Source: Octopus vulgaris
Lineage: Eukaryota
Direction: 5' to 3'
DNA: 64,000 nt
NCBI GenBank assembly: GCA_951406725.2
Contig: OX597832.1
Location: 22,692,001-22,756,000 of the forward strand
Each line of letters begins with the position of its first letter. The stretch's first letter is position 1. The notes beneath the pieces are model-generated. The model was not told the origin of the DNA. It did not search any database and was given only the letters and a program-made list of their open reading frames with translations. Below are positions 1-13,325 of this stretch, piece after piece. Position numbers and translations under genes: made by a program.

Positions 1-815
1 CAGAAACGTTAGCACGGGCGAAATACTAAGCGGTTCTGAGTTCAAATTCCGCCGAGGTCGGCTTTGCCTTTCATCCTTTCGGAGTCGATTAAATAAGTAC
101 CAGTTACGCACTGGCGTCGATAAAATTGACTTAATCCGTTTGTCTGTCCTTGTTTGTCCCCTCTGTGTTTAACCCCTTGTGGGTAGTAAAGAAATAGGTA
201 TTTCGTCTGCCGCTACATTCTGAGTTCAAATTCCACCTAGGTCAACTTTGCGTTTCACCCTTTCGGGGTCGATTAAATAAGTACCTATTACTTTACTACC
301 CACATGGAGCTAAACACAGACAGGACAAACAAGGACAGACAAACATATTAAGTCGATTATATCGACCCCAGTGCGTAACTGATACTTATTTAATCGACCC
401 CAAAAGGATGAAAGGCAAAGTCGACCTCGGCAGAATTTGAACTCAGAACGTAGCGGCAGACGAAATACCTATTTCTTTACTACCCACAAGGGGATAAATG
501 CAGAGGGGACGAACAAGGACAGACGAATGGATTAAGTTGGTTACATCGACCCCAGTGCGTAACTGGTACTTATTTAATCGACGCCGAAAGGATGAAAGGC
601 AAAGTCGATCTCGGCAGAATTTGAACTCAGAACGTAGCAGCAGAGGAAATACTGCTAAGTATTTCGCCTGGCGTGCTAACGATTCTGCCAGCCTGCCGCC
701 TAAATAAGTACCAGTTACGCACTGGGGTCGATATAATCGACTTCATCCGTCAGTCACTCCTTGTTTGTCTTCTCTGTGTTTAGCCCCTTGTGGGTAGTAA
801 AGAAATAGGTATTTA
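1..815 (+). mobile_element. SINE family A (tRNA-derived, Meta/MESC-like central domain), tandem body units, interrupted by an antisense copy of the same family
   Basis: B-box-like GAGTTCAAATTCC, central GCCTTTCATCCTTTCGGGGTCGAT..AAGTACCAG and tail CCCCTTGTGGGTAGTAAAGAAATAG. The + strand sequence breaks at 285 and resumes at 701. Confidence 0.85.
286..700 (-). mobile_element. SINE family A dimer inserted antisense into another family A copy
   Basis: Reverse complement of head plus two body units, flanked by the 12-bp direct repeat TAAATAAGTACC (274-285 and 701-712). Confidence 0.85.
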
Positions 816-1324
816 GCCTGTGACACACACACACACACATTCATATAGAAATGGGACTGCATGAAAAGAAATACGCAGTGAAGGAAAGGCCTTGTGATAT
901 TTGCTCTGCACCGAGTTACATACGCTCTCTTGTCACTGTCACTCTCCCTGCTGCCAGAAATGCAATGAGCCATTGCTTGGCTCGTTAGAAACACGTTAAG
1001 AAAGGCGCTCCATATTTTGGCAAATTGCCATATAAAGTTTTTTCTCTTTTTCTTTATGCCATTACTATTGCTGCGAGTGGCCGAGGGCGACGCCAGGAAA
1101 CTAGCAAGATGGCTGTTAGCGTTACATTGTTTGCCAGGACATGCAAATAAAATTCAAATCTGTATGATGTTTGAAATTAGATACACGAATCTAAACAGAG
1201 TACAATTTTCAATTATACACCAACAAAAAATGCAATCTTCATTAAATTCTGTTGGAACGAGTGTTAATAACTTTTAACGAATTTACATTTTTGTGTGCAG
1301 TTATTAGTATCGTTTTTGTCTTAC

Positions 1325-1334
1325 GTACACACAT

Positions 1335-1387
<53 letters not shown>

Positions 1388-1457
1388 CACACACACATAA
1401 ATACATACACACACACGCACAAACACACACAGACATATATATATACAGACGTGTATG

Positions 1458-1489
<32 letters not shown>

Positions 1490-1514
1490 TACATATATAT
1501 ATACATATATATAT

Positions 1515-1553
<39 letters not shown>

Positions 1554-1719
1554 TATATTATATATATACATATATATATATACATATATATATATACACA
1601 TATATACATATATATATATATACATATATACATATATATGTACACACATATATATATATATATATATATATTTACGTATATTTATTTTTGTATCCCACCC
1701 TATGGAAGTTAATATGTGC

Positions 1720-1750
<31 letters not shown>

Positions 1751-1826
1751 TGCAGGGAGAGATTGAGAGAGAGAGAGAGAAACAGTCAATGAATATGAAT
1801 ATATATATATTTATGCATGTATATAA

Positions 1827-1864
<38 letters not shown>

Positions 1865-1926
1865 TCATTCTTTCCTTCTAGACACGTATATACTCACATA
1901 TGCATGCGCACAGACACACACACACA

Positions 1927-2011
<85 letters not shown>

Positions 2012-2110
2012 CGCATATACTTATTCATACACACATATACTCATATGTACGTATATACAAACATACATAAACACACACACACTCGAAAATACACACACAC
2101 TCACACACAC
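1325..2110. repeat. Compound (TA)n/(CA)n/(CG)n/(GA)n microsatellite block, representative of dozens across the window
   Basis: Seen directly. It generates the spurious YI/HT/CV-repeat ORFs. Confidence 0.98.
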
Positions 2111-3025
2111 AAATTTATCAAATATCAGATGTATTTTAAGTAACTTAAACATTCCTACCTTTTGAAGAATTTCTCACGCGTACATGTATAACACGTATAT
2201 AAATAATTGGTTAATTACTTTCTTCTCTTCGCCGGGAACTACAGCGAGAAAACCGCAGTTAGAATTGTTTACCAAATGCTTACCGACGTATGAATAAGTT
2301 TGTTTATATCTTCCAGTTGCGCTTCCTCTTCCTTCGCGGGTTTTTGTATGACAAACTTATAACACCTATGTGTCTGTGTGTATGTGTAAAGACTTACGTT
2401 TATACGCAAGTGCACGTCGCTATGTTTCTCAAAGAAGCGGCGTGTTTATTATTATAATTTTCATTACTATTTTCCTATAGATAACTTCGTGTAGTAAATC
2501 AGGAAAAACAAAAAAATAATGGTAATAATAATAATAATACTGTCTCTTGTATTTCTCCACTTTTGATTTCCATGAAAGCTCATAGAAAAATGCCGTGCAT
2601 CAGATATTCAAGAGAATAGGACGGGCGGCGTGTGTTTATCGATTAAACATCGACCAATGGTAGCTACGATAGTAGGACGCTCTCAGAGAAAAAGCTGCGG
2701 ATACTTAACGCGAATCTTATCATTCTTTCTCTTCGTAATTATACTGTTTTACCAATCTTGAAATCATGAATGAATTTCTTCTTATATTTCTGCTTTGTTT
2801 TTATTTATTTATGAACGTGCTATTTCTTCGTTTGAATTCTTTAAATTTAAGGCAGATATTCAAAAGATTTTAAAACTACAATTTTTATGTTGCTACACTA
2901 TACATACATACCTACATACATGCATACATATATATATATATATTTATATACATATATACATATATATACATACACACACAAACACATATTTATATACATG
3001 TATATATATATATATATGTGTGTGT

Positions 3026-3089
<64 letters not shown>

Positions 3090-3183
3090 CTACTATTTTT
3101 GTGAGAAAACTCGTTATTTTATAAAGTACAAATTCATTTATATTTACTTATCAATAAGTTACAATATGCTAGTGAGCGTGTTT

Positions 3184-3215
<32 letters not shown>

Positions 3216-3404
3216 TCTCTCTTTCGTATATAAATATATATGTATCTATCTATCTATCTGTTCGTCTCACTCTGTCTCTCTGTTTGACTGTTTCTCTCTC
3301 TCTCTCTCAATCTCTCCCTGCACAGAGACAGAGTGAGACGAACAGATAGACTTCCATAGGGTGGGATACAAAAATAAATATACGTAAATATATATATATA
3401 TATA

Positions 3405-3800
3405 TTCTTTCATTTGTTTCAGTCATTTGGCCGTGGCCATGCTGGAGCAACGCTTTCAGTCGAACAGATGGACATCAACACTTATTCTTTGGAAGCCTAG
3501 TACTTATTCTATCGGTTCTTTTGCCGACCTATTAAGTTACGGGGACATAAACACACCAACATCGTTTGTCAAGCGATGGTGGGTGGAAAACACCGACACA
3601 CAAACATATATGTATATATATATATACACACGATATGACGGGCTTCTTTCAGTTTCCGTCTACCAAATCCACTCACAAGGCTTCGGTCGGCCCGAGGCTA
3701 TAGTAGAAGACACTTGCCCAAGGTGCCATGCAGTGGGACTGAACTTGGAACTATGTGCTTGATAAGCAAACTTCTTACCACACAGCCACTCCTGCGCCTA
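3405..3800 (-). mobile_element. SINE family B (tRNA head, CORE-like segment, internal microsatellite, LINE-like 3' tail), near full length
   Basis: Minus strand reads GGCGCAGGAGTGGCTGTGTGGTAAG (A box), GTTCAGTCCC (B box), CACCTTGGGCAAGTG (CORE-like) and tail CTCCAGCATGGCC..TGACTGAAACA. Confidence 0.88.
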
Positions 3801-4226
3801 TGTATATATACAATACTCTGCAGCATTGTGTACATTAGACTGTGTATGAGTGTGTGTTATTGCGCGTATTTGTTAGATGCTGTTATTATCTACATGTCTA
3901 ATACTTTATTTTACCGACCTAGGGTCAAGGAAGGCCAGACGGTTTCTCGGCGAGATTCGAACTCAGAACTTGTCGGTATTTGAACAGCAAACTGAACCTG
4001 CTACTCAACAGTTATTTACACTTGGTATGGATACAATTATGTCCAGTATTGCAACTAGCTCCATCTAGGGACCAGAAATGTGTTTTCGTGTATGTGTGTG
4101 TGTGTGCGTGTGTGTGTGTGTGCGTGTGTGTGTGTGTGTGCGTGCGTGTGTGTGTCTGAGAGAAAGAGAGGGGGAGGGAGGGAATTCGTACATCCAGACA
4201 CGCGTCTATCTACATATCTATCTACA

Positions 4227-4304
<78 letters not shown>

Positions 4305-4379
4305 CTATCTACCTACCTAGCTATCTATTTACTTATCTACCTACCTGTCTGTCTATCTATCTATCTATCTTTCTATCTA

Positions 4380-4429
<50 letters not shown>

Positions 4430-5508
4430 GTATATATATCTGTCCAATTATCCTTTTCTTTTCTAGGCACAAGGCCCGACATTTTGGGGGAGGGGCAAGT
4501 CGATTAGATCGACCCCAATACACTACTGGTACTTAATATATCGACCCCGAAGCGATGAAAGGCAAAGTCGACTTCGGCATCCATCTCTCTGCCTACTTAC
4601 CTACCTACCTGTCTGTCTGTCTACCTGTCTGTTTGTCTATCAATCTATCTACCTACCTACCTATCTACCTGCCTGTCAGTCTGTCTGCCTGTCTACGTAC
4701 CCACCTACCCACCTACCTACCTACCTACCTACCTACCTACCTACCTACCTACCTACCTACCTACATATATATATATATGTGTGTGTGTGTGTATGTACAA
4801 CCTACCTGTTTATCCACTTATGCAAACATGCGCGTGTTTGTATGCAGGGGTCCCTCTTTTATCGTTGACTTGGTTTAGTCCTCAGACAGCGGCCATGATT
4901 GGGATGGGGTGACACACTTTGAGGAAGGTTTAATCCACAGAAATTCTACGTATTTTTAAGACTGGTATTTATTCTATCAATCTCTTTTGCCGGACCGCTA
5001 TAATTTGGGAATGTAAGCATACCAACACTTCTTGTTTATTGGTGAGTGTCGGAGACAAACAACCCCAAAGGCACACGAGGGAAAACATATACACACGCAT
5101 ACAGACACACACGTACACACTCACACATAAGAAAAGCGATAACGAATGAATAAAGTATTACGTCTTGAACTCCATTTGCTTGTAGCTGTTTTCACGTTAA
5201 GATGCGGTGACCTTAGAATTGAGTGCCCGAGTAACAGCCTACGTTTTCATCAGAGCCTCAAATATAACTCCATGTTTGAAGCTCCGATATAACCGCAAAG
5301 TGTTTCTCAGTCATTTGTTCATGAGTCAACTGCAGCTTATTGTTGAAACAGCTGTAAGCTAATGGAGTTCATAAGCTAATAATTTATTCGTTTGTCATTT
5401 GTTTTCTTATTACGACTCCGTATTCGAATAACGGTCCCTTCAGAACGTTCAGATAAATATGTATATTGTGGTCTACACCAGAGTATTCATATCACAATGC
5501 CAAAAGCA

Positions 5509-5571
<63 letters not shown>

Positions 5572-5637
5572 TGTGTGTGTGTATGTGTGTGTGTTTGATA
5601 TATATATATATATATATATATACGCATATATATAAAC

Positions 5638-6090
5638 AAACCCGAAAGGCTTTGCGAGTTACGGAGACAAAGCTACTATGGAAGACTCATAGTATAATAA
5701 CTGTACAATAACTGTATATAATATATATATCATAATGGCATTTAATCTCCGATTTTAAAGCGACAATTTTTAAATATAAACAAATGACTGAAAAATGATG
5801 AGCTAACCTCAGGTTGAATCGAACCCACAAATCGTAGCTGTCATGGCTCCTTGCGAATCTGATTGGCCAAATGCTCACCCATCAATTTCAGTCAATTAAT
5901 ATATACTTAAACTGTCTGAGTACTACATAAATAATATTTTTATAACCAAACCCGAAAGGCTTTGCAAGATACGGAGAGACAGCTACTATGGAAGACTCAT
6001 TGTATAATAACTGTACAATAACTGTATATATCATAATAATATTTAATCTCCGATTTTAAACGACAATTTTTAAATATAAACAAACGACTG
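5638..6090. repeat. About 150-bp dispersed direct repeat (5638-5790 and 5948-6090) inside a (TA)n-flanked element
   Basis: AAACCCGAAAGGCTTTGC...AAATATAAACAAA(T/C)GACTG occurs twice with a few substitutions. Confidence 0.85.
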
Positions 6091-6101
6091 TTATTCAACA
6101 G

Positions 6102-6137
<36 letters not shown>

Positions 6138-6139
<2 letters not shown>

Positions 6140-6338
6140 CGGGAAGCTTTATGAAAGTAAACAAAAGACGAAGGCAGGTGGAATACAAACAAACAATTGT
6201 ATAAGTATGGCGCTCAGGAATATAAATAAAGCAAGTCTTTTATATTTCGAGCCTACGCTCTTCAACAGAAAGATACACAGAAAAGAAACACAGAAAGAAA
6301 CAAGGAGAGAGAAAAAATGCGTGCAGAAGCTAGCGAAT

Positions 6339-6342
<4 letters not shown>
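6138..6342 (-). mobile_element. (TA)n-embedded Penelope-like end fragment with a degenerate hammerhead (6236-6272)
   Basis: Flanked by (TA)n on both sides. Minus strand reads TCTTT CTGTTGA A GAGC GTAG GCTC GAAA TATA AAAGA. Related copies lie at 39230-39405 and 56025-56232. Confidence 0.65.
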
Positions 6343-6392
<50 letters not shown>

Positions 6393-7008
6393 ATTTAATC
6401 TACAAAATTCTATAACAAGACTTTGGTCGCACCAAAGTTGTAGTAGAAGACAATTGCTCAAGGAGCCTCACAGTGGATTTGAACTCGGAATCATGTGGCT
6501 GGAAAGCATGTTTCTTGCTATACTGCCACGCCTGCGCCTGTTCTTCTCACCAGCGATGCTGCCTGTTTGTTTCTATAAAATTTCAATCTACTTATACAAA
6601 CATATTCACATTGAAGCAGAGAGAAACGTAAATATCTCAGTTGTTTTTCTTTCCTTGTGTGACTCCTTTGAGCATGTGCGTGTTTGTGTGTGTGCGCACG
6701 CAGGTGTCTCTGTGTGTGCGAGTGCGCGCACTTCAGTGATATTATAATCTACGTGTATTCCTGTATTGTCGTTGACTAATAAACACGCCGCTTCTTTGAG
6801 AAACACGTCATACAAAAACCCGCGAAGGAAGAGCACCTCTTCGTTGCATTTGTGTTTGTAATGTGGCATGGACCGTATGGAAAAATACCCTAAGAATACT
6901 ATCAAATTCGGATTTTGATATAAAACAAAATAAGATTTAGAAAAATAAACGAAAAAAATATCTTATGTTTCTATATATAAGCAACATCCTTTTAAGAGCA
7001 TGTAAGCT

Positions 7009-7040
<32 letters not shown>

Positions 7041-7087
7041 GCATATATGTATATATATGTATATATATGTATATATATGTATATATG

Positions 7088-7134
<47 letters not shown>

Positions 7135-7226
7135 ACACACATATACGTAACGTATCTTTGGATATATATATATGCATATATATATTTATATATATATATA
7201 TATATACGTATGTATGTATATGTATG

Positions 7227-7270
<44 letters not shown>

Positions 7271-7419
7271 AATAAGTTTTATTATATATGCTTGCTTGTG
7301 CATGCGTGTACATGCATATTTATTCATATCGAATCATATAAATGCACACGAACGCACACTCACACACACACACACACAAACACAATGACACACACACACA
7401 CACACATATATATATACAT

Positions 7420-7492
<73 letters not shown>

Positions 7493-7807
7493 CACATCCA
7501 TGCGGAAACAGCCTTCCATACATGAAGCAGAACCTGTTTAACTTTACAAACGCCACACACACATTACATAAAAAAAAAACTGTTCGAGCGATCAGCATAT
7601 ATTTATTTATGAAACTGAATCTTCAAACACATCTTTGCTGTCACTTAAGTTTCGGGTTTTCATTTGGCGAGTATGAATCATGAAAGTACTTAAGGATTTA
7701 GTTTCAAAATTAAACATTCTCCATTGAAACACACTTGTCTTCCGTTAGTAACTTCAAGCAGATTTCTACTTTAGTTATTATTTGTGTGAAACGAGTGTGT
7801 GTATGTA

Positions 7808-7867
<60 letters not shown>

Positions 7868-8047
7868 GTGACATGTGTGTTAAATGAGAGTGGGTGTTTA
7901 CCTGGAATTCGTATGTAGAAGAAAATGAAAACAAGGGACGTGAGTAGTAGCACATTTGAAAGTGAGAAACTCTAATGATTGCAGTAAGAAAACAAACACT
8001 CGTATTTATTTTGAGCATGTGAATGCATCCACGCACACATATATAGA

Positions 8048-8143
<96 letters not shown>

Positions 8144-8286
8144 ATATATAATACATACATACAGATATATACGTATATATATATATACGTACCTTTATAT
8201 ATATATATATATATACATACCTACAAACATATATATACACATACCTACATGCACACATATATATATATATAAATGGCTATATAATA

Positions 8287-8323
<37 letters not shown>

Positions 8324-8461
8324 GTATGTATATATATATATATATACCTACATGCATATATATATATATATAATGTATATAATATATATATGTATATTTT
8401 TTTCTTTTTTAATTCTTTCAATAATTTGACTGTGGCCTAGCTGTTGCACCGCTTTTTAGTT

Positions 8462-8509
<48 letters not shown>

Positions 8510-8546
8510 ATACATACATACATACATACATACATACATACATACA

Positions 8547-8580
<34 letters not shown>

Positions 8581-9086
8581 CATACATACATTTATAATTA
8601 TATACTTTACATAGTTTACTTATCCAATGTAAATCCAAACAACAAAATTGAATCCCATTCAATGTTAGATGAATATTAACTTAACACACAACAGAAAGAG
8701 CTACTAATGGTTTCATGCTTTTATGATACTTTCAAACGCCATTTTTTAAATAAAATACATCCTGTATCTCCAAGCTATCTTTCAGGCTGTGTTTATGCAG
8801 TAGATATATTGGGTTTTTGTAATGATTGGAGGACTGAGGGATCTTGGTTTTCTTGCATGCCTTTCCTCCTTCTTGTTGAGCGCCTTTCTTAACGTGTTTC
8901 TAACGAGCCATTTCTATTTACTCATTTCGCAGTATCGTACTTGTTTTGCTTTTTATAAATATATCTAATGCATCAAAATAACCTGACAGATTCATTTGAA
9001 ATACATGGCGTATTTCATAAATCTACCTGTTTAAAGTATCACAAAGGCACGAAACTATTTGTAGCTCTTTTGCAATGTATTTTAAA

Positions 9087-9149
<63 letters not shown>

Positions 9150-9214
9150 ACACGTATATTCATATATATATCTATGTATATATCTATATATAGGTATGTA
9201 TACACGTATATTCA

Positions 9215-9296
<82 letters not shown>

Positions 9297-9581
9297 TAGA
9301 TAGATAGATATATATGAATATACGTGTATACATACATATATATAGATATACAGATAGATATACATACATATATATAACTATTATATGTATATTTATATAT
9401 ATCTAATTGTCAACACAGATGTTTGATCATTTTCTTCTGGGAGAGACCAAAAGAGATATACGGAGATAGATAACAAGAGGTCCCTGTGTGATTATAATAT
9501 GATTAGACAGTGCGAATTAGTAAGTTAATTAATGGCAAACACAGAGATATTGAAAAAATAACATGGGGAAATGAGAAATAG

Positions 9582-9628
<47 letters not shown>

Positions 9629-9877
9629 ATATATACATCAATATATGTAAATATATTAATATATTAATTATTACGGAGATGTACTTGCATACCAAGTAAC
9701 CTGAACTGAGATCGTGTGCTGAAACGAAAACAAATGCAACGTAGAAGGTGTTTATATGCCATTTAAAAAACACACATAAACCGTGAGATTCACTTCAACA
9801 TCTAAAATTAATTTGCCAAAATATTTTCGTCGCTTTGAGACCGCGACCTGTTCACTCACTCTATGTATATATATTTA

Positions 9878-9937
<60 letters not shown>

Positions 9938-9947
9938 CATACATACA

Positions 9948-9983
<36 letters not shown>

Positions 9984-10016
9984 TGTATATACATATATAT
10001 ATACATATATATACAT

Positions 10017-10110
<94 letters not shown>

Positions 10111-10115
<5 letters not shown>

Positions 10116-10312
10116 ATCCAAACAAGCAAACAAAAACAAAAAAAACACAACTGCGCAAGGACGTAGAACAAATAAAGTATTATTGGACGCTCAGGAAAGA
10201 AGGAGGGTTTGACGTTTCGAGCGGAGCTCATCGTCGGAAACGTAGGAGAAGGAAAGATCCCGAGAAGGAAGGATCCCGAGAAGGGAAGACAGAGGATAAA
10301 AAATTGCCAGTC
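10111..10312 (-). mobile_element. (TA)n-embedded Penelope-like end fragment, same family as 63625-63848
   Basis: About 200 bp between (TA)n tracts. Its reverse complement aligns with 63670-63848 and shares the terminus TTGTTTGGATTAAC(TA)n. Confidence 0.75.
10207..10241 (-). ncRNA. Minimal type I hammerhead ribozyme motif (U4C core variant)
   Basis: GUUU CCGACGA U GAGC-UCC-GCUC GAAAC GUC AAAC: stem I GUUU/AAAC, 4-bp stem II, palindromic ACGU stem III, GUC cleavage triplet. Confidence 0.65.
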
Positions 10313-10358
10313 ATATATATATAAATATATATAAATATAGATATATATTAATACAGAA

Positions 10359-10415
<57 letters not shown>

Positions 10416-11194
10416 TATGGATGTGAATGGGTGTGGCAGTGAGGATTTCTATAGTATTACCTCAGCACGTTGACAAATTTTTCTTTCAAATATTAGTATT
10501 CACTTCACCATTGCGTATAAACGTCAAGAATTTTAATAAAAGATAAATTATAATTCTTGTTGTTTCTTAGTGGGGTCATTATGCCAGTGATTTATAGAAT
10601 ACACTTCTTTATTTTCCTAACTAAGTTTCCAATAATTCGTTTAATGTGTTGTTTGAATAATCAATCGATTGTTTTATCGTTGCTATTCGCCACCTCATCA
10701 ATTAAATGCTCTCACATTGCAAGGTTTTCTTTGAGTTTGGCTGAGAACTAATCTCATGTCTACGTGTGTGTATGTATGTACATATGCGTATACGAATGCA
10801 CTATATGTGTATACGTTCTTTAGTGTGTATACGTGTGTGAGCATACGCTTGTGTGTGTATGGTGTAGCTGGCGTTTGCTTCAATCGACAAAGTCACATGA
10901 AAGATTATGGAAGCTAAACGTATACCTGAAATTAAATGACAACTATTGTATGCATGCTATATTTTCGGACGTTATCTGTGATGGATGAGGGACGATTCCA
11001 ATGTCAGCCATCATATAAAGGATAACACTCTAGGATCATATACATACATTTATGCATATATATAAATATCTGCGTTATATTTCTTCTACTTAGCTTCATT
11101 TTCCGTTTGTGCTTAGAAGTTTCAGTTTTTCAATTAAATTAATATGACTTCCTAGACTTTGAGCTTCTACGTAAAAAGAGAAGTTTTCCATTAT

Positions 11195-11312
<118 letters not shown>

Positions 11313-12258
11313 ATTCCTATTATATCGTAAAACTATTCGCTATTCTAATTTGCTTTCACGGCAATGGACTTATTCTTTGATGTAATCCCAATGCAAATCT
11401 GAAGAGATATCGGTCCTTACTGTATCGTTTCCATGGCTATGTTAAATGATAAATTCCTGACATCCATGATTGAAATAGAGGAATTTCCAAATACAAAATC
11501 CTCTTTTGTGTCGTTTTATTATTTTTTTTCCTAAAATATTACAGTTACAAAGGAATGTACGAAAATATATAACTAAAATAATCTAAAACTGAATTCACCA
11601 AAACAAGAATGTTTGCATTCATACACACTTTTGATATGTAGATACCGACGATATCAGGGCGAGTGTAAGTATTGAAAAAATTACAAAAATCTATTCCAGG
11701 TGAGAATGCGATCGATAAAGCCGTAGGAACGTGCATTTGAATGCGTAAGTACATCAGCTGTTGCGATCGATACTACGCGTACGCGAGAAAAATGCACGTG
11801 TAGTTTGCGCAAAAAAGCCGGCTGGCTTGAAATAATGCCACAAAATGCAGTGTATTTAAGAGACCAAATAAGTAAGACGTAACAGAGATATTTTCTTCAA
11901 ACTTGGCATGAAAGAAGGAAAGACTATTTGGTTTCTCAAGAAGTTTTTTTTTTGCCTTAATTTCGTTTAACAAAACCAAAAATTTTATTGAAATAAAGGC
12001 ATGCTTAATTATTTTTTAATGAAAAGTAAACACTGATTGCTTTTTATTCAGCAGATATGATTCAGCACCGTCCATTGGACGGGTGGCGTTTTGCTCGTAT
12101 ATAGATAAATATGTTCTGAGTTCGGCAAAAGACCCTGATAAATTAAGTACTAGGCTTAGAAAGGATAAGTCCTGGGGTCGATTCTTTCGACTAAAGGCGG
12201 TGATCCAGCATGGCTGCAGTCAAATGACTGAAACAATATAAAGAATAAAAGTATAAAA

Positions 12259-12293
<35 letters not shown>

Positions 12294-12398
12294 AGTTTAA
12301 AACGAGGTTGAGAAATTAGATATTAATTTAATTAACATGGTTTCACACCAATGGCCTAGCATATAAAAAAACTGATGGTTCAGTAAAATTGTATTATA

Positions 12399-12670
12399 TA
12401 CATATTAGAGGGAAACCACTATGTGGACATCCTTATGCTAAATATAGATCCGCTATGGTCTTACCACTAAGAAATGTTCTCAAGAAAAATTTAGCAAAAC
12501 AACCAAAACGTATGCGAATAATCCATATTTTCATTGCTTTTTCTTTTGTCTTGCTCGATTACGTTTGGTTGTTTTGCTAAAGTTTTCTTGAGAACATTTC
12601 TTAGTGGTAAGACCATAGCGGATTTATTTCTAGCATAAGGGTGTCCACATAGTGGTTTCCCTCTAATATG

Positions 12671-12672
<2 letters not shown>
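12399..12672. repeat. Long inverted repeat (arms about 12399-12512 and 12560-12672) next to (TA)n
   Basis: CATATTAGAGGGAAACCACTATGTGGAC... is mirrored by ...GTCCACATAGTGGTTTCCCTCTAATATG. The terminus resembles 43503-43600. Confidence 0.92.
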
Positions 12673-12740
<68 letters not shown>

Positions 12741-12950
12741 TATAAGAATGTTTAAGTAGTTGAATGAATTATCCTAGTATGGATAATTCGGTTAACCGAT
12801 ACCCGGGTAGCAAATTTACGTCAGAAAGCACGGTTGAAGCTACATGCCAAGGGCAGAAATCATGTGCTTTCGTGTGGAAATTTGTGTGTTTTTTTACTAT
12901 AGATAAATGAAAGAATGGAGTCGAACGACGATTTAACACAATTCCTTTAT

Positions 12951-13031
12951 TTTCGACATATGTTTCGAAGACTGCATATTCTTAATTCCGAAGGAATAAA
13001 GGGTGCATTATGCCGCTTTCTCATCAGGAAA
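12951..13031 (-). ncRNA. Type I hammerhead ribozyme (mirror copy)
   Basis: Reverse complement gives UUUC CUGAUGA GAAAGCGGCAUA...UAUGCAGUCUUC GAAAC AUAU GUC GAAA. Confidence 0.8.
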
Positions 13032-13244
13032 GACAAGGAACTTATGTCAACATCATGACGAACAAAACTTTTAGATGACTGCCCACACGGAGTCCATAGT
13101 GATAATGATTGTTTCTTTAAAATATTCCGTTATAAGCAGTGACGTCAAAATTGGTTGGATGGAGAGATTCTAAAAAGATGAAGCCCGTGTGGGCAGTCAT
13201 CTAAAGGTTTTTGTTCGTCATGATGCTGACATAAGTTCCTTGTC

Positions 13245-13325
13245 TTTCCTGATGAGAAAGCGGCATAATGCACCCTTTATTCCTTCGGAATTAAGAATAT
13301 GCTGTCTTCGAAACATATGTCGAAA
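13245..13325 (+). ncRNA. Type I hammerhead ribozyme with extended stem II
   Basis: UUUC CUGAUGA (13249-13255), stem II GAAAGCGGCAUA/UAUGCUGUCUUC, GAAAC, palindromic ACAUAUGU stem III, GUC (cut after 13321), then GAAA. Stem I can be extended by UUCCUU/AAGGAA. Confidence 0.82.

Noticed and set aside
1242-2165. Long ORFs of 100-200 aa made of YI, HT, CV and LSIY repeats (here and throughout)
   Set aside because: Translations of (TA)n, (CA)n and (TATC)n, which lack stop codons. No protein signal.
2220-2715. CpG-richer unique stretch that could be a promoter
   Set aside because: No diagnostic motif set and no adjacent exon can be supported from sequence alone.
3427-3762. Recurrent peptide [36 protein letters not shown] in many ORFs
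   Set aside because: Antisense translation of SINE family B, not a gene family.
5235-5258. Minus-strand CTGATGA AAAC GTA
   Set aside because: No stem II and no separate GAAA, so it cannot form a hammerhead.
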